Of a stretch of 64,000 bases of DNA, positions 51,122 to 61,627 are shown one piece after another. Made by a program: the position numbers and the translations under genes. The stretch covers positions 324,073 to 388,072 of the forward strand of contig NVVN01000001.1 in the NCBI GenBank assembly GCA_002733355.1, read 5' to 3'. The notes beneath the pieces are model-generated. The model was not told where the DNA came from, ran no database searches, and worked only from the letters and a program-made list of their open reading frames with translations. This DNA is from Sulfurovum sp. (GTDB lineage: Bacteria > Campylobacterota > Campylobacteria > Campylobacterales > Sulfurovaceae). The stretch's first letter is position 1, and every line of letters starts with the position of its first letter.

Positions 51122-51897
51122 TGTTTTTAAAAACTATCGATTTCTCTAAATACTCCAGTATCAAGATAGGTCAACCTACTGAAGTACTAATGCTTGAAAT
51201 TAATGATACCATCCCTCATGACAGATACCTTATCGGTGCTGCAAACAACTTACTTGTTTCTCCCACCCCTCCACCACTTATGATGCTGTCAAAAGACTTT
51301 GCCTATATCTCACAAACAGGTACCATACTGGAAATAGGTACCGCCATGCCTACAGGGCGTATTGTCTCATACGCAAAGAAACATGACATTGCCGGATTTG
51401 AATTTTGTTCTAAACTTCCTGGTACCCTTGGAGGAATGCTTGCTATGAATGCTGGTGTTAAAACATATGAAATATTTAATATCTTACACAGTGTAAAAGT
51501 TGAAGGGAAATGGATTCCAAAAGATCACATAGAATACGGATATCGTTTTGCGAAATTAAATGGCATCGCTACTGCTGCAAAATTTAAAATCTCCCAAGGT
51601 TTTGACACACTTTTACTTAGTGACTTACTAAACTTACGTTCCAACCAACCTCACGACCCCAGTGCAGGTTCTGCATTTAAGAATCCTCAGGGAGACTATG
51701 CCGGTAGGCTTATAGAAGAAGTAGGCTTAAAAGGTCTTAAGAAGGGAAATATGCAGTGGAGTGAAATTCATGCAAATTTTTTGGTCAACTTGGGAGGAGG
51801 TACTTTTGAAGACGCAAAGTATCTTATAGATTTAGCAAAAGAAAAAACCTATCAAAAATTCAATATCACACTTAAAGAAGAAATCAAAATTCTTTGA
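51121..51897 (+). CDS. murB: UDP-N-acetylmuramate dehydrogenase
   Basis: LPGTLGGMLAMNAG, SAGSAFKNP and HANFLVN. Confidence 0.95.
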   Translation: MFLKTIDFSKYSSIKIGQPTEVLMLEINDTIPHDRYLIGAANNLLVSPTPPPLMMLSKDFAYISQTGTILEIGTAMPTGRIVSYAKKHDIAGFEFCSKLPGTLGGMLAMNAGVKTYEIFNILHSVKVEGKWIPKDHIEYGYRFAKLNGIATAAKFKISQGFDTLLLSDLLNLRSNQPHDPSAGSAFKNPQGDYAGRLIEEVGLKGLKKGNMQWSEIHANFLVNLGGGTFEDAKYLIDLAKEKTYQKFNITLKEEIKIL

Positions 51898-51918
51898 TTC
51901 TTAATATACTAACGTGAG

Positions 51919-51948
51919 AGTAAAAGCACACTATAGTGTGCTTTTACT
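51919..51948. terminator. 30-bp perfect palindrome between convergent genes, probable bidirectional terminator
   Basis: AGTAAAAGCACACTATAGTGTGCTTTTACT. Confidence 0.65.
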
Positions 51949-52432
51949 TCAGACAACGTACACATCTAATATAATTAGACTCTTTTTTATATCTTTTATA
52001 CTGGTATGCATCTGCAGGAAAGACTGCATTATATCTGAGATTTGTAGTCGGGGTAGAAGACCAAAAAGTATTTCCTCTAAAATATGCAAACACTTGCCCG
52101 ACTTTTTCATGCACATGCATTAATTCATCTGATGTAGGAAGTCTCCAATCAGAATATCCATCATAATCCAAACTACGACAATAATTCATTGCATGGTTCC
52201 ATGTCCCTGCCTTACCTCTTGACTGATTACGTTTATAAGCACCGTCTTCTGCATCTGTATATGACTGGTCTTGCCACATAAGTTTGGTATCTACTTCAAC
52301 ATATATTTTATTTGTTTTACATGTTTTATCTGATACTTCTACTACTTCAGATAATTTTGGAGTGACGTCTCCCCCCGCGATAAGTAACGCCGTAGTTAAA
52401 AATATCCATACAATTACCATTGTCTTTTTCAT
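51944..52432 (-). CDS. DUF1566 (Lcl C-terminal-like) exported protein
   Basis: Signal peptide; TKLMWQ, AMNYCRSL...DWRLPT..EL, FWSS and YIRCVR. Confidence 0.85.
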   Translation of the reverse strand: MKKTMVIVWIFLTTALLIAGGDVTPKLSEVVEVSDKTCKTNKIYVEVDTKLMWQDQSYTDAEDGAYKRNQSRGKAGTWNHAMNYCRSLDYDGYSDWRLPTSDELMHVHEKVGQVFAYFRGNTFWSSTPTTNLRYNAVFPADAYQYKRYKKESNYIRCVRCLK

Positions 52433-52516
52433 ACTTTTTCCTTTAAAGTCCAATATTATTCAATATGATAATATAACCTTTATCATATTCAGCTAAATTA
52501 TGCGTATTCTTATCTT

Positions 52517-53104
52517 TTATGCGTGAATCTCCATTTTTACGCCATTTTCAACTGCTTTCCATAATTCATCCATTGCAGAGTTTGGTACAGCCAAACATCC
52601 CTCTGTCCAATCACGGGAAAGTGTAAAGGCATCACCTCTACCATCGGCATTCCACTTAGGTTGTCCATGAATAGTAATGTAGCCTCCGGGATTAACACCT
52701 TTTGTACGTGCCCTAGCTTTATCTGTTTGATTTGGATATGAAATCATTAAAGACTTATAGAGTCTAGCATCACATTTTTTTCTTACAATACGGTAGGTGC
52801 CTTCTGGTGTCCTATAGTCTCCAGCTTTGACCTTATTTCCTTTATCTCCATTTTTTCCTAGAGAAAAACTATATTCACCTACTACTTTACCATTTTTATA
52901 GGCATACATTTTTCGCTTACCTTTGTACGCAACCAATTTGTCAATTGTATTACTATGATCAATCTCTGCACCTCTGGACAATTCTCTAATACACTCTTTG
53001 GTGGCATATGGTGTTTTATCCGCCTTACCATATGCCGTAGGCTTACTACATGCGCTCAGTATTAATACCAAGATAATCCCCATGATACTTAATTGTATTT
53101 TCAT
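52517..53104 (-). CDS. YkuD-family L,D-transpeptidase/carboxypeptidase lipoprotein
   Basis: Lipobox LSAC; GDYRTPEG, ISYPN and ITIHG...WTEGC. Confidence 0.9.
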   Translation of the reverse strand: MKIQLSIMGIILVLILSACSKPTAYGKADKTPYATKECIRELSRGAEIDHSNTIDKLVAYKGKRKMYAYKNGKVVGEYSFSLGKNGDKGNKVKAGDYRTPEGTYRIVRKKCDARLYKSLMISYPNQTDKARARTKGVNPGGYITIHGQPKWNADGRGDAFTLSRDWTEGCLAVPNSAMDELWKAVENGVKMEIHA

Positions 53105-53125
53105 TATTTTCTCCTATTCAAATAA

Positions 53126-53512
53126 TTAACCCCAGTCTTCATTTTGACTTTTGGTTTTATGTTTGTCTTTTTTATATGATGTAGCGTTTTTAAGCTTTTG
53201 CAACCTGTTTAAGTTACTCATCTCGGCATCTCTTATATCGTTAAATGCCTTATCATCAAAATGTTCCAAAGAGCACGTCTGATGATAAAGTCTTTCGATA
53301 TATACTTTTAGCTGCTGATAATACTCTGAGTCAAGGTGTATTTCAACCTTTTCATCAAACTTTTTTTTAAGTTGTTCAAATTTTAACATAAATTTTTCAG
53401 AACATACATGTTCATCCCTAAACATACGAAAAAGGTTTTTAGCCATCTTGTCTAGCTCAGTGATATATTTCTGACGGTTAAACTTATCTATCTGTTTTTG
53501 TGTATATCTCAT
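53126..53512 (-). CDS. Conserved-looking hypothetical protein
   Basis: ORF from ATG 53512 with MSNLNRLQKLKN..SYKKDKHK C-terminus; no family assigned. Confidence 0.7.
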   Translation of the reverse strand: MRYTQKQIDKFNRQKYITELDKMAKNLFRMFRDEHVCSEKFMLKFEQLKKKFDEKVEIHLDSEYYQQLKVYIERLYHQTCSLEHFDDKAFNDIRDAEMSNLNRLQKLKNATSYKKDKHKTKSQNEDWG

Positions 53513-53522
53513 TATCTTTCTT

Positions 53523-54080
53523 TTATCGTATCGTAACAGGTACGCCTTCACGTACCGCATACCATAACTCTTTCATCGCATCATTTGTTACAGCAACACA
53601 GCCCTGTGTCCAATTACGAGATAAAGTATAGTTATCACCCTTACCGCTGGCATTCCACTTTGGCTGTGCATGTATCGTAATATCTCCACCAGGACTAACG
53701 CCTCTTGCTTCTGCTCTTCTTTTGTCTTCTGCTCTGGGGTACGAGATACATAAAGAACGATAATATTTTGGAGAGCACAACTTTCTATGTATGAAAAACT
53801 CACCCTCTGGTGTACGGTTGTCCCCTTGTTGTTGCTTGTGNCCTAAAGGGTTTTTCCCCAAAGAAATGGGAATCACACTCTGAATACTACCCTCTTTGTA
53901 CAAGTACATCTTACGATCTTTTTTAACCACAAGAATACGATCTATCCCCTCATTTCCAGCATAATCTTTTGCTTCAAGTAATTCTTCTTTACACTCTTTA
54001 AGATTGTATTGGTCTCTAGGAAGGTCTGGTTCACACCCTGCAAACATCAATACAAAAGAACAAAGTAAAAAAAATTTCAA
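53523..54080 (-). CDS. YkuD-family L,D-transpeptidase/carboxypeptidase lipoprotein, paralogue of 52517..53104
   Basis: Lipobox FAGC; GDNRTPEG and ITIHA...WTQGC; probable TTG start at 54080. Confidence 0.9.
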   Translation of the reverse strand: MKFFLLCSFVLMFAGCEPDLPRDQYNLKECKEELLEAKDYAGNEGIDRILVVKKDRKMYLYKEGSIQSVIPISLGKNPLXHKQQQGDNRTPEGEFFIHRKLCSPKYYRSLCISYPRAEDKRRAEARGVSPGGDITIHAQPKWNASGKGDNYTLSRNWTQGCVAVTNDAMKELWYAVREGVPVTIR

Positions 54081-54169
54081 TGCAATACCTTTAAAAATAA
54101 CATAAAAGTATTCTATCACAAGTCATGTAAGTATATGGAGGGGAGATAAGAAAGAAAAGGAGAAAAGGG

Positions 54170-54206
54170 TGACATTCATTCTCTCTACAAGAGAGAATGA
54201 ATGTCA
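54170..54206 (-). terminator. Intrinsic terminator after tpx
   Basis: 16-bp perfect stem TGACATTCATTCTCTC/GAGAGAATGAATGTCA followed by a pyrimidine/U-rich run on the minus strand. Confidence 0.7.
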
Positions 54207-54223
54207 ATAAATATTGCCGAAAC

Positions 54224-54739
54224 TTAACAAGCTGCCTTAGCTGCTGTCAGTGCTTCATCATAGTCTGGTTCAGCTGTAATTTCTGGAACAAGTTGTTTAT
54301 AAGCCACTTTACCATCTTTACCAATTACAAAGATTGCTCTAGCTGTAACACCTGCTAAAGGACCATCTGCCAGAAGCATACCATATGCATTTGCAAAATC
54401 TTTATTTCTGAAGTCAGAACATACTTTTAAATTATCAATACCTGCAGTTGAACAAAACTTAGCTGCTGCAAATGGAAGATCCATAGAAACCGTAAGTACT
54501 TCAACACCATCAATAGACGCTGCTTCTGTGTTAAACTTTCTTGTTTCTGCATCACATACTGGTGTGTCAAGAGAAGGTACTACAACTACCATTTGCACTT
54601 TATCAGATCCACCGATTTGCTCATTTTGAAGCATTGGGTTACAGTTTACTACTGTTACTACCGGTGCTGTATCACCTACATTGATTTCTGTACCTGCTAA
54701 GTTACAAGTTGTGTCGTTTTTAAATGTTACTGTTGCCAT
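54224..54739 (-). CDS. tpx: Thiol peroxidase Tpx
   Basis: VPSLDTPVC, SMDLPFA..KFC and EPDYD. Confidence 0.95.
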   Translation of the reverse strand: MATVTFKNDTTCNLAGTEINVGDTAPVVTVVNCNPMLQNEQIGGSDKVQMVVVVPSLDTPVCDAETRKFNTEAASIDGVEVLTVSMDLPFAAAKFCSTAGIDNLKVCSDFRNKDFANAYGMLLADGPLAGVTARAIFVIGKDGKVAYKQLVPEITAEPDYDEALTAAKAAC

Positions 54740-54924
54740 TTAATATCCTTAAATTTTTTTGTAAAAGCATTATGACTTAAATAGGATAAAGTCAGTCTTA
54801 ATTAAACTAAAGATTGTTACAAACTACATATATACTCAATTCTTGGAATTCTAGTAATTTTTCCTAACTTGAAACTTTCATATCACTATGAAAATAGTGA
54901 TTTTCATCATAGCAGAATAATTCC

Positions 54925-56379
54925 TTATTCTCTAATTAGGTCTGCACGTGGATAGATAAATACTGCTTGCCTGTCTACCACTATTTTTACTTTTTCATCT
55001 ATTGCATAAGCCCTTATCTTGATGGGTACTGGTATATCTTTCCTTGTATCCTCTGCTAATGCTTCACTTGTTTCTAAGATTACGATTTCTTTACTTTGCT
55101 TCCCTGCACCTATTTTAAATGCTTTAATGGGTCTCTTTATTTTTATTTTATCATTACCTATAATTTCAAAATAATATATATGTTCTTTCGCATCTGTATT
55201 TGTANANNNNNNNNTNNNNNNNNNNTNNNCNNCNNNNNNNNCTNNNGTNNNNTAAAGNCNNNNTNNTTTNTTNATNTTNANAAGCATATGCTCTTTTTTA
55301 CTTCCCATAACAAGCAGTACAACAAGCACTAAAACTAGAACAGCAAAATAAGCAATGACTTTAGCTCTAAAATAATTTGTTTTCCCTTCATGTCTAAGTG
55401 TCTCTTTTTCAGACGACCACTGCACAAGACTTGGTTTTCCTAAAGAACCCATGACTGTGGTGCAGGCATCTACACATTCTAGGCAATTAATACACTCAAG
55501 TTGCAACCCTTTACGGATATCAATATGTGTNGGACACACTGTTACACAAGCTTCACAAGTTGTACATTCTGCGTTTGTATCGACTTCAAGCAAGGCTTTT
55601 TGTTTAGAAAACTGCTTTTCTCTATCATATCCATGCCCCTGATAAATCTCTCCTCCGCGAATCGGGTCATACACTGCCATAATTGTATCATCATCATAAA
55701 GTACAGATTGAATACGACTATAAGGACATATATAAACACAAAAATTTTCTTTTATAAACACTATATCAAAGATTATAAAAAGTGCCGTACCTACTAAAAT
55801 GCCCACAAGGGTCATATGTTCTGTTGGGTTTACTAAATATGTAAAAAAGTCTTCAGGTGGTACAAAAAACCATAAAAAATTTGCTGATGCTATAAAAGCC
55901 AAAACAGACCAAAGTAAAATAGCAAGAATGGACTTAACTTGATTTTCAAGCTTCGCCATATCAGGGTCTTTTTGTTTATTCTTGATACGCTTACGTAGTC
56001 CAAGCAGTTTTGTTTCTATACCATCCCGGTAAATGACCCTGAAAATAGTTTGAGGACAGGCCCATCCGCACCACACTCTACCTCCTACAGCAGTCACTGC
56101 AAAAATACCTAAAAAAAGTAGCATCAGCAAAAAAGGCATTAGATAAAGTTCCTGCATATCAAATGCAATGCCCGCCAAATGCAATTTTTTGTGATCAAAA
56201 CTCAGTAAAAAAATATGATTTCCATTAATAGTAATCCAAGGTGTCACCAATGCCAATATTGTTGCTAAAACATATACCCAGTACCTCTTAATCCGATAAG
56301 AGACCCATCCTTTTAAATATTCTTTAACTTGGTTTTTTTTAGGTTTTTTTGTTGTATTTGTTGTAATTGTTATTTCCAT
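54925..56379 (-). CDS. ccoG: Cytochrome c oxidase (cbb3) accessory ferredoxin CcoG/FixG
   Basis: GRVWCGWACPQT, FCVYICPY, CTTCEACVTVC and CINCLECVDAC; contains an N-rich patch. Confidence 0.93.
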   Translation of the reverse strand: MEITITTNTTKKPKKNQVKEYLKGWVSYRIKRYWVYVLATILALVTPWITINGNHIFLLSFDHKKLHLAGIAFDMQELYLMPFLLMLLFLGIFAVTAVGGRVWCGWACPQTIFRVIYRDGIETKLLGLRKRIKNKQKDPDMAKLENQVKSILAILLWSVLAFIASANFLWFFVPPEDFFTYLVNPTEHMTLVGILVGTALFIIFDIVFIKENFCVYICPYSRIQSVLYDDDTIMAVYDPIRGGEIYQGHGYDREKQFSKQKALLEVDTNAECTTCEACVTVCXTHIDIRKGLQLECINCLECVDACTTVMGSLGKPSLVQWSSEKETLRHEGKTNYFRAKVIAYFAVLVLVLVVLLVMGSKKEHMLXXXXKXXXLXXXXXXXXXXXXXXXXXTNTDAKEHIYYFEIIGNDKIKIKRPIKAFKIGAGKQSKEIVILETSEALAEDTRKDIPVPIKIRAYAIDEKVKIVVDRQAVFIYPRADLIRE

Positions 56380-56584
56380 TTTATAATATCTATTTTTGCT
56401 TTCTCATTTTTTTGATACCAAGTAGTTTAAGTTTTGTATTTCTTCATCTATGTATAAACATTGTCTGCTTTAAGTACTTCGCGTATTGTATCAGTTTTGA
56501 CGATATAAATAAAGTTATTCGTATTATGATCATCACTCACTATTTTATGCTAAAATACTAAAAATACTTACATTAGGTAAACTT

Positions 56585-57055
56585 TTGAATTTGACACACT
56601 TAGATGAAAACAATAAACCCAAAATGGTTGATGTCTCCCAAAAAGACAGTACCCTACGTGTGGCATCTGCTTCAGGAGTTATAGAAGTGGGACAAACTGC
56701 ATTTGATGCAGTGATCGCCAATACAGCAAAAAAAGGTCCTGTGCTCCAAACTGCTGTCATTGCTGCTATACAGGGAACCAAGCAGACAAGCACTCTCATA
56801 CCTATGTGCCATCCACTCATGCTTACATCGGTCAAAACATATATAGAAGAACTTCCAGAGTTACCAGGATTCAAACTCACTATTACTGTTAAACTCAATG
56901 GACAAACAGGCGTGGAGATGGAGGCGCTTACTGGAGTGAGTATAGGATTACTTACTATTTATGATATGCTTAAAGCCATTGACAAAAGTATGGTTATAAG
57001 AAATGTTCAACTTGAAGCAAAATCAGGAGGAAAAAGTGGCGACTTCAAACGGTAA
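56585..57055 (+). CDS. moaC: Cyclic pyranopterin monophosphate synthase MoaC
   Basis: [23 protein letters not shown] and KSGGKSG. Confidence 0.96.
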   Translation: MNLTHLDENNKPKMVDVSQKDSTLRVASASGVIEVGQTAFDAVIANTAKKGPVLQTAVIAAIQGTKQTSTLIPMCHPLMLTSVKTYIEELPELPGFKLTITVKLNGQTGVEMEALTGVSIGLLTIYDMLKAIDKSMVIRNVQLEAKSGGKSGDFKR

Positions 57056-57326
57056 ACTTATATTAGACTCTGAATCCAAAACAAAACCAGTGATAGACTA
57101 CCCTACAAACTGGGGGTTTAAGATTATTGGGAGAGATAAAGACAAACTCTTAGCATCTATTAAAGATGTTATGGGAGACAAAGAACATTTATGCTCTTTA
57201 GGAAACATATCAAGAACAGGTAAATTTACTACCTATAATGCTTCATGTGTGGTAGCAAGCGAAGAAGAGAGAAATAAAATCTTTAAGTACTTTGAAGAAC
57301 ATAATGATATTAATATAGTCATTTAG
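57036..57326 (+). CDS. DUF493/YbeD (HP0495-like) protein
   Basis: [13 protein letters not shown] and [12 protein letters not shown] start at 57036 after AGGAGG. Confidence 0.85.
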   Translation: MATSNGKLILDSESKTKPVIDYPTNWGFKIIGRDKDKLLASIKDVMGDKEHLCSLGNISRTGKFTTYNASCVVASEEERNKIFKYFEEHNDINIVI

Positions 57327-57346
57327 ACAATAAAAAAAGGAAAAAA

Positions 57347-57520
57347 TTGAAAACGAAAAAATGTCATTCATGTGGTGAAGAAGTTGATAACAGTCTAGCA
57401 AAGTGTCCTTATTGTGGCAAGACGGTTCCAGGTGGTACTTTTTGGGGATTTATGAAATTTACGATAGGTATTTATGTTGTTGTTCTTGTCATCGTTGTTG
57501 TTCTTGGCAAGTTGCTATAG
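57347..57520 (+). CDS. Small zinc-ribbon membrane protein (57 aa); absent from the ORF track
   Basis: AAGGA RBS and TTG start; MKTKKCHSCGEEVDNSLAKCPYCGKTVPGGTFWGFMKFTIGIYVVVLVIVVVLGKLL. Confidence 0.75.
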   Translation: MKTKKCHSCGEEVDNSLAKCPYCGKTVPGGTFWGFMKFTIGIYVVVLVIVVVLGKLL

Positions 57521-57534
57521 GATGATGGTTAGGC

Positions 57535-58359
57535 TTACTCCGATTTAAGCCTATGCAACATCCTATCTGCACTTAGGCTCATCAACATTGAGATGATCAC
57601 ATATGCTAAAAAGAAATACAGTCCTACTTCGATTTGAGCTCGACTCACATCACTTTTATTTGTCGTAAGATAGACCAAGAACACNGCTACTACAAAAACA
57701 TCGACCATCGACCATTTCCCTNTCATCTTAAAAAACTTGACGATGCTATGCGCAAACTTACTTTCCATAAAAATAGAAATAACCAATAAAGAAAATATTT
57801 TTAGTATAGGTATGATCACTGAAAATAACAGTATGACACCTGCAACTATAATATCTCCACCCTCCCATAATTTCACTATAGAACCAATCACTCCCTTAGA
57901 CTCAAAGGAAAGTACAATATCCCCCAAGTATTCCACTTCTTTATGAATCGTTACCATCAAAATCGGCGTCATAAGCCCAAAAATCAATGTCACCATTGCT
58001 GCCAATGAACCAAAAAGTGTAAATGACCGCAAAGAAACGAAGAAATAAGAAAACAATAGCATAAGGAGTACAAACATAAAATAAAGCGTATTGTTTTGTG
58101 CTTCTGTCATAGCAAGACTCTGCTTTTGTTTAATCTTGTCTATGTGCATTCTCCTCTCATCATCATACAGGTTACCCAATATACTTTTAGCAAACTTTTC
58201 AAGTGAAAGTTTAGCCTGCTCCTCCACACTCTGATAGCTGACTAATTCCACAGTTATACTTTCATACACTATGGCTTTTTGATACGCTTTAGTACCAAAA
58301 TAAACCAAAAAAGCCAATAATAAACTCAATACCACATACATTAGCATTTTCACCATCAC
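57535..58359 (-). CDS. Paraquat-inducible protein A (PqiA)-domain membrane protein
   Basis: FSVIIPILK, GKWSMVDVFVV and GLYFFLAY. Confidence 0.82.
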   Translation of the reverse strand: MMVKMLMYVVLSLLLAFLVYFGTKAYQKAIVYESITVELVSYQSVEEQAKLSLEKFAKSILGNLYDDERRMHIDKIKQKQSLAMTEAQNNTLYFMFVLLMLLFSYFFVSLRSFTLFGSLAAMVTLIFGLMTPILMVTIHKEVEYLGDIVLSFESKGVIGSIVKLWEGGDIIVAGVILLFSVIIPILKIFSLLVISIFMESKFAHSIVKFFKMXGKWSMVDVFVVXVFLVYLTTNKSDVSRAQIEVGLYFFLAYVIISMLMSLSADRMLHRLKSE

Positions 58360-58367
58360 ATACCTTC

Positions 58368-59312
58368 TTATATAATCTCAAAATATATTAGCAATGTTTT
58401 CTGGAAAAAGTTATCCCCATTGTCACTAATCATGACATAACGATTTTTATCAACCTTGGCCAATCCTTCAAAGTTATCAACATTCCATCCTCTATGGCTA
58501 TTCATTTTTGCCAATACTTTTGTAGAACATATTTTCTTCTTACAGTTTTGAATATCTATTTTCTTAAGTGTCACAATAAAAGGTTCTAGCATCCCCGTAT
58601 ATGAACGCTCCAATACAAGTAGGTTACCATCATCCATTACCTCCATAGCAACTACTGCACTCCTGCTTTCAGGTTCTGCTTTAAAGTGCCACTTTTCCCC
58701 TGAAAGTGCATACACAGTCTGATGTTTTTTATCATCTTTTTTAAGTGGCCACTCTGCTGCTGTCAAGATACCATATTTTTTATGCCATGCAAGTGCTTCA
58801 AGCGATTTGTTCTTGCTTCTATAGTTTTTGTTCTTTCTAAGTTTTTTGGGCAGTGTGTATTTTCGAATGAGATTTCCGAACTTTTTGCTATTTTTATGAA
58901 ACCACCCTATTTTTGCTTTTCCTTCAAAAGAGATCAAAAGTCTGCCTCTGCCATCAAGCGTCATACCTTCGCTATCTCTTTTCCATTTTTTAAGTTTTTT
59001 ACCTTTTTTGGTTTTTAACCTCGTTGCACGTAAAGGTTCAATAGTGTCAATCTTTTTAGAGAATTTTGCCCGAAAAGANAAAAGAGACCCCTTNTCTCCC
59101 ACAAAATATAAGGTATGTTTTTCCGCANAGTAAGTAACATCAGATAATTCAGCAAACTTTACTCCCTGAATCTCATCATAAGAGAGNTGCTTTTGATCCA
59201 ATATTTTAATACCCATAAAACGATTATCCATAAGCTTGGGAGCAATATTGACAGAAGTGACCCCTGCTTCAAGTATGACACACAAAGAAAAAAGAAAAAA
59301 AACGAGCCTCAC
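58368..59312 (-). CDS. Esterase-like activity of phytase family exported protein
   Basis: ELSD, DSEG, NKSLEAL, LLVLERSY, DNFEG and ISDN. Confidence 0.85.
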   Translation of the reverse strand: MRLVFFLFSLCVILEAGVTSVNIAPKLMDNRFMGIKILDQKXLSYDEIQGVKFAELSDVTYXAEKHTLYFVGXKGSLXSFRAKFSKKIDTIEPLRATRLKTKKGKKLKKWKRDSEGMTLDGRGRLLISFEGKAKIGWFHKNSKKFGNLIRKYTLPKKLRKNKNYRSKNKSLEALAWHKKYGILTAAEWPLKKDDKKHQTVYALSGEKWHFKAEPESRSAVVAMEVMDDGNLLVLERSYTGMLEPFIVTLKKIDIQNCKKKICSTKVLAKMNSHRGWNVDNFEGLAKVDKNRYVMISDNGDNFFQKTLLIYFEII

Positions 59313-59773
59313 GAGGACTCATTCTTTACAGTAGTCTTTTTTTCGGGAAAGAAATAAACCATGATAAGTATGATTACAACAGCCAAGTCTATGGCTACAT
59401 CGGCAAAATTGAACACAGCGAAGTTAAACCCGCAATGCCATGCAACATAATCAACCACACCCCCGTGTATAAAACGGTCATACACATTACCCAAAGCACC
59501 CCCTATAAGTAAGCCGGCAGGGAAAGCATAACGCTTAATATACCCTTCTTTAAAAATAAAAAAAAGTATCCCAATGATAAGTGTCACCTGTATCCATTTT
59601 AAATATGGACCCAAAAAAGCGAACATAGAAAATGCCACACCTTTGTTATAATGTAACTCAAGGTCTATACATTCTCCCGCTCGGTAGTAACCCTCTACAA
59701 AAATATTTTTTATATTTTGATCTATAATAAAGGTACCCATAAGTACAAGAAAAAAGATAGAAAATACTCTCAT
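59309..59773 (-). CDS. lspA: Lipoprotein signal peptidase II
   Basis: YNKGVAFS, GALGNVYDR, VVDY and VFNFAD. Confidence 0.96.
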   Translation of the reverse strand: MRVFSIFFLVLMGTFIIDQNIKNIFVEGYYRAGECIDLELHYNKGVAFSMFAFLGPYLKWIQVTLIIGILFFIFKEGYIKRYAFPAGLLIGGALGNVYDRFIHGGVVDYVAWHCGFNFAVFNFADVAIDLAVVIILIMVYFFPEKKTTVKNESS

Positions 59774-61110
59774 TAAGCNAATGCGCCTTTAAAAAATGTT
59801 TTACATTCTTCCATCACTTCATCCAGTTTAACTTCATCTTTCCCTTCAACTAAAAGACGTATTTTATTTTCAGTACCGGAATATCTNAATAAGTGTCGCA
59901 TGCCTAAACTTTCAATCTTCTCTTTAAGTGTATCAAGTCCTTCTAGACTCTCAAGTGGTTTTTTCTCTTCTACTAATAGNTTTACTAAAAGTTGAGGGTA
60001 AGATTCGTAAGGATTAAATGCTTCACTCGCTTTTTTCTTTGTCTGTACCAAATATACAAGTGCTTGAAGTGCGGATGCAATACCATCACCTGTTTTTGCA
60101 TAATCAGAAAAAATAACATGTCCACTCTGTTCTCCTCCAAAATTCATATCATTTGCCTGCATCATCTCAACCACATGCTTATCCCCAACAGCAGATCTAA
60201 GTAAGGTTAGTCCATTAGAAGTTAAGTATTCGTCCAATCCTTGATTGCTCATAACAGTTGCTACCATACCTCTTCCCTTAAGTGTCCCCTGATTTTTAAG
60301 ATGTACAGCAAGAACACCCATCAGTTTATCCCCATCAATCACATCCCCTTTTTCATCTACCAATACAAGTCTGTCTGCATCTCCATCAAGTGCTATCCCG
60401 ATATCTGCTTTCTCTTCCCTTACTATTTTGGCAAGATTTTCAGGATGCATTGCACCACATCCTTCATTAATATTAAACCCATTAGGTTTATCACAAGTCA
60501 CAATAACCTCAGCTCCAAGCTCCTGTAGTATCGTGGGTCCCACGATATACCCTGCACCATTTGCACAATCTATCACAACTTTTTTTCCCCACAAAGTTGA
60601 TGATCGNGGAAAAGAGTTTTTAATATGTACAATATATCGACCTACCACATCATCAATTCTTTTTGATTTGCCTATTTCTTTATTTGTCACTTGTGCTGCC
60701 TCAATACGGGCATCATCCCTATAAATAGCTTCTATTGCTTCTTCTTTTTCACGGTTAAGTTTATTTCCATACCAATCAAAAAACTTAATACCATTATCAT
60801 AATATGGATTATGGCTCGCCGATATCATGATGCCCGCATCACATCGCATATTTGCTGTTAAAAAGGCTATCGCGGGTGTAGGCATAGGACCTATTTGTAT
60901 CACATCAAAACCGACTGCTGTCAAGCCTGCTACGATAGCATTTTCAATCATATACCCACTTCGCCTTGTGTCTTTTCCAACAAGGATTTTTTTTGTTCTT
61001 GAGAATTGTTTAAAATAAATCCCTGTTGCCATAGCCAATTTCATTGCATTGACTGCGCTTACTTTCTTTCCTGCTTTTCCACGCACACCATCTGTTCCAA
61101 AAAGTTCCAA
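59773..61110 (-). CDS. glmM: Phosphoglucosamine mutase
   Basis: [28 protein letters not shown] and RYSGTE. Confidence 0.97.
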   Translation of the reverse strand: MELFGTDGVRGKAGKKVSAVNAMKLAMATGIYFKQFSRTKKILVGKDTRRSGYMIENAIVAGLTAVGFDVIQIGPMPTPAIAFLTANMRCDAGIMISASHNPYYDNGIKFFDWYGNKLNREKEEAIEAIYRDDARIEAAQVTNKEIGKSKRIDDVVGRYIVHIKNSFXRSSTLWGKKVVIDCANGAGYIVGPTILQELGAEVIVTCDKPNGFNINEGCGAMHPENLAKIVREEKADIGIALDGDADRLVLVDEKGDVIDGDKLMGVLAVHLKNQGTLKGRGMVATVMSNQGLDEYLTSNGLTLLRSAVGDKHVVEMMQANDMNFGGEQSGHVIFSDYAKTGDGIASALQALVYLVQTKKKASEAFNPYESYPQLLVXLLVEEKKPLESLEGLDTLKEKIESLGMRHLXRYSGTENKIRLLVEGKDEVKLDEVMEECKTFFKGAXA

Positions 61111-61280
61111 AATCTTCCCCCTACGATAAATAATAGTTTTGTTTAATTTTAACCGAAATTAGTTAATATCCGCGTTAAGGCCCACTTAATAAATCTTTAA
61201 TGTTTTTTTAGCTATTATTCGCGAACTATTTTCACTCTAATTAAGAGTGTCACAACACAAGCATATAAAAAGGATACAAA

Positions 61281-61547
61281 ATGGCAAACAACAAGTCAGC
61301 GAAAAAACGTGTTTTACAAACTGCTGTAAAAACTGAAAGAAACAGATATTACAGAACAAGAATTAAAAACATTGTAAAAGCCGTACATGAAGCTGTAGAA
61401 GCATCAGATAAAACAGTAGCAACAGCAGCATTTGCAACAGCAAATAAAAACATCCACTCACTAGTAAGCAAAGGTTTTATCAAAAAAACTACAGCAGCTA
61501 GAAAAGTAAGCCGTCTTCATAAAATGGTAAACAAAATAGAAGCATAG
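61281..61547 (+). CDS. rpsT: 30S ribosomal protein S20
   Basis: [10 protein letters not shown]...AARKVSRL. Confidence 0.98.
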   Translation: MANNKSAKKRVLQTAVKTERNRYYRTRIKNIVKAVHEAVEASDKTVATAAFATANKNIHSLVSKGFIKKTTAARKVSRLHKMVNKIEA

Positions 61548-61627
61548 TTCTTCTTTTTTACTTCATCGACTAGCCTTCAAGGCTAGTTATCCTATAATAC
61601 CCAAACAATCCAACATAAAGCTCACCT

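Noticed and set aside
54170..54206. TGACAT...ATGTCA inverted repeat as another operator
   Set aside because: The arms have the opposite orientation and a different spacing, and the position after the tpx stop with a U-rich run fits a terminator.
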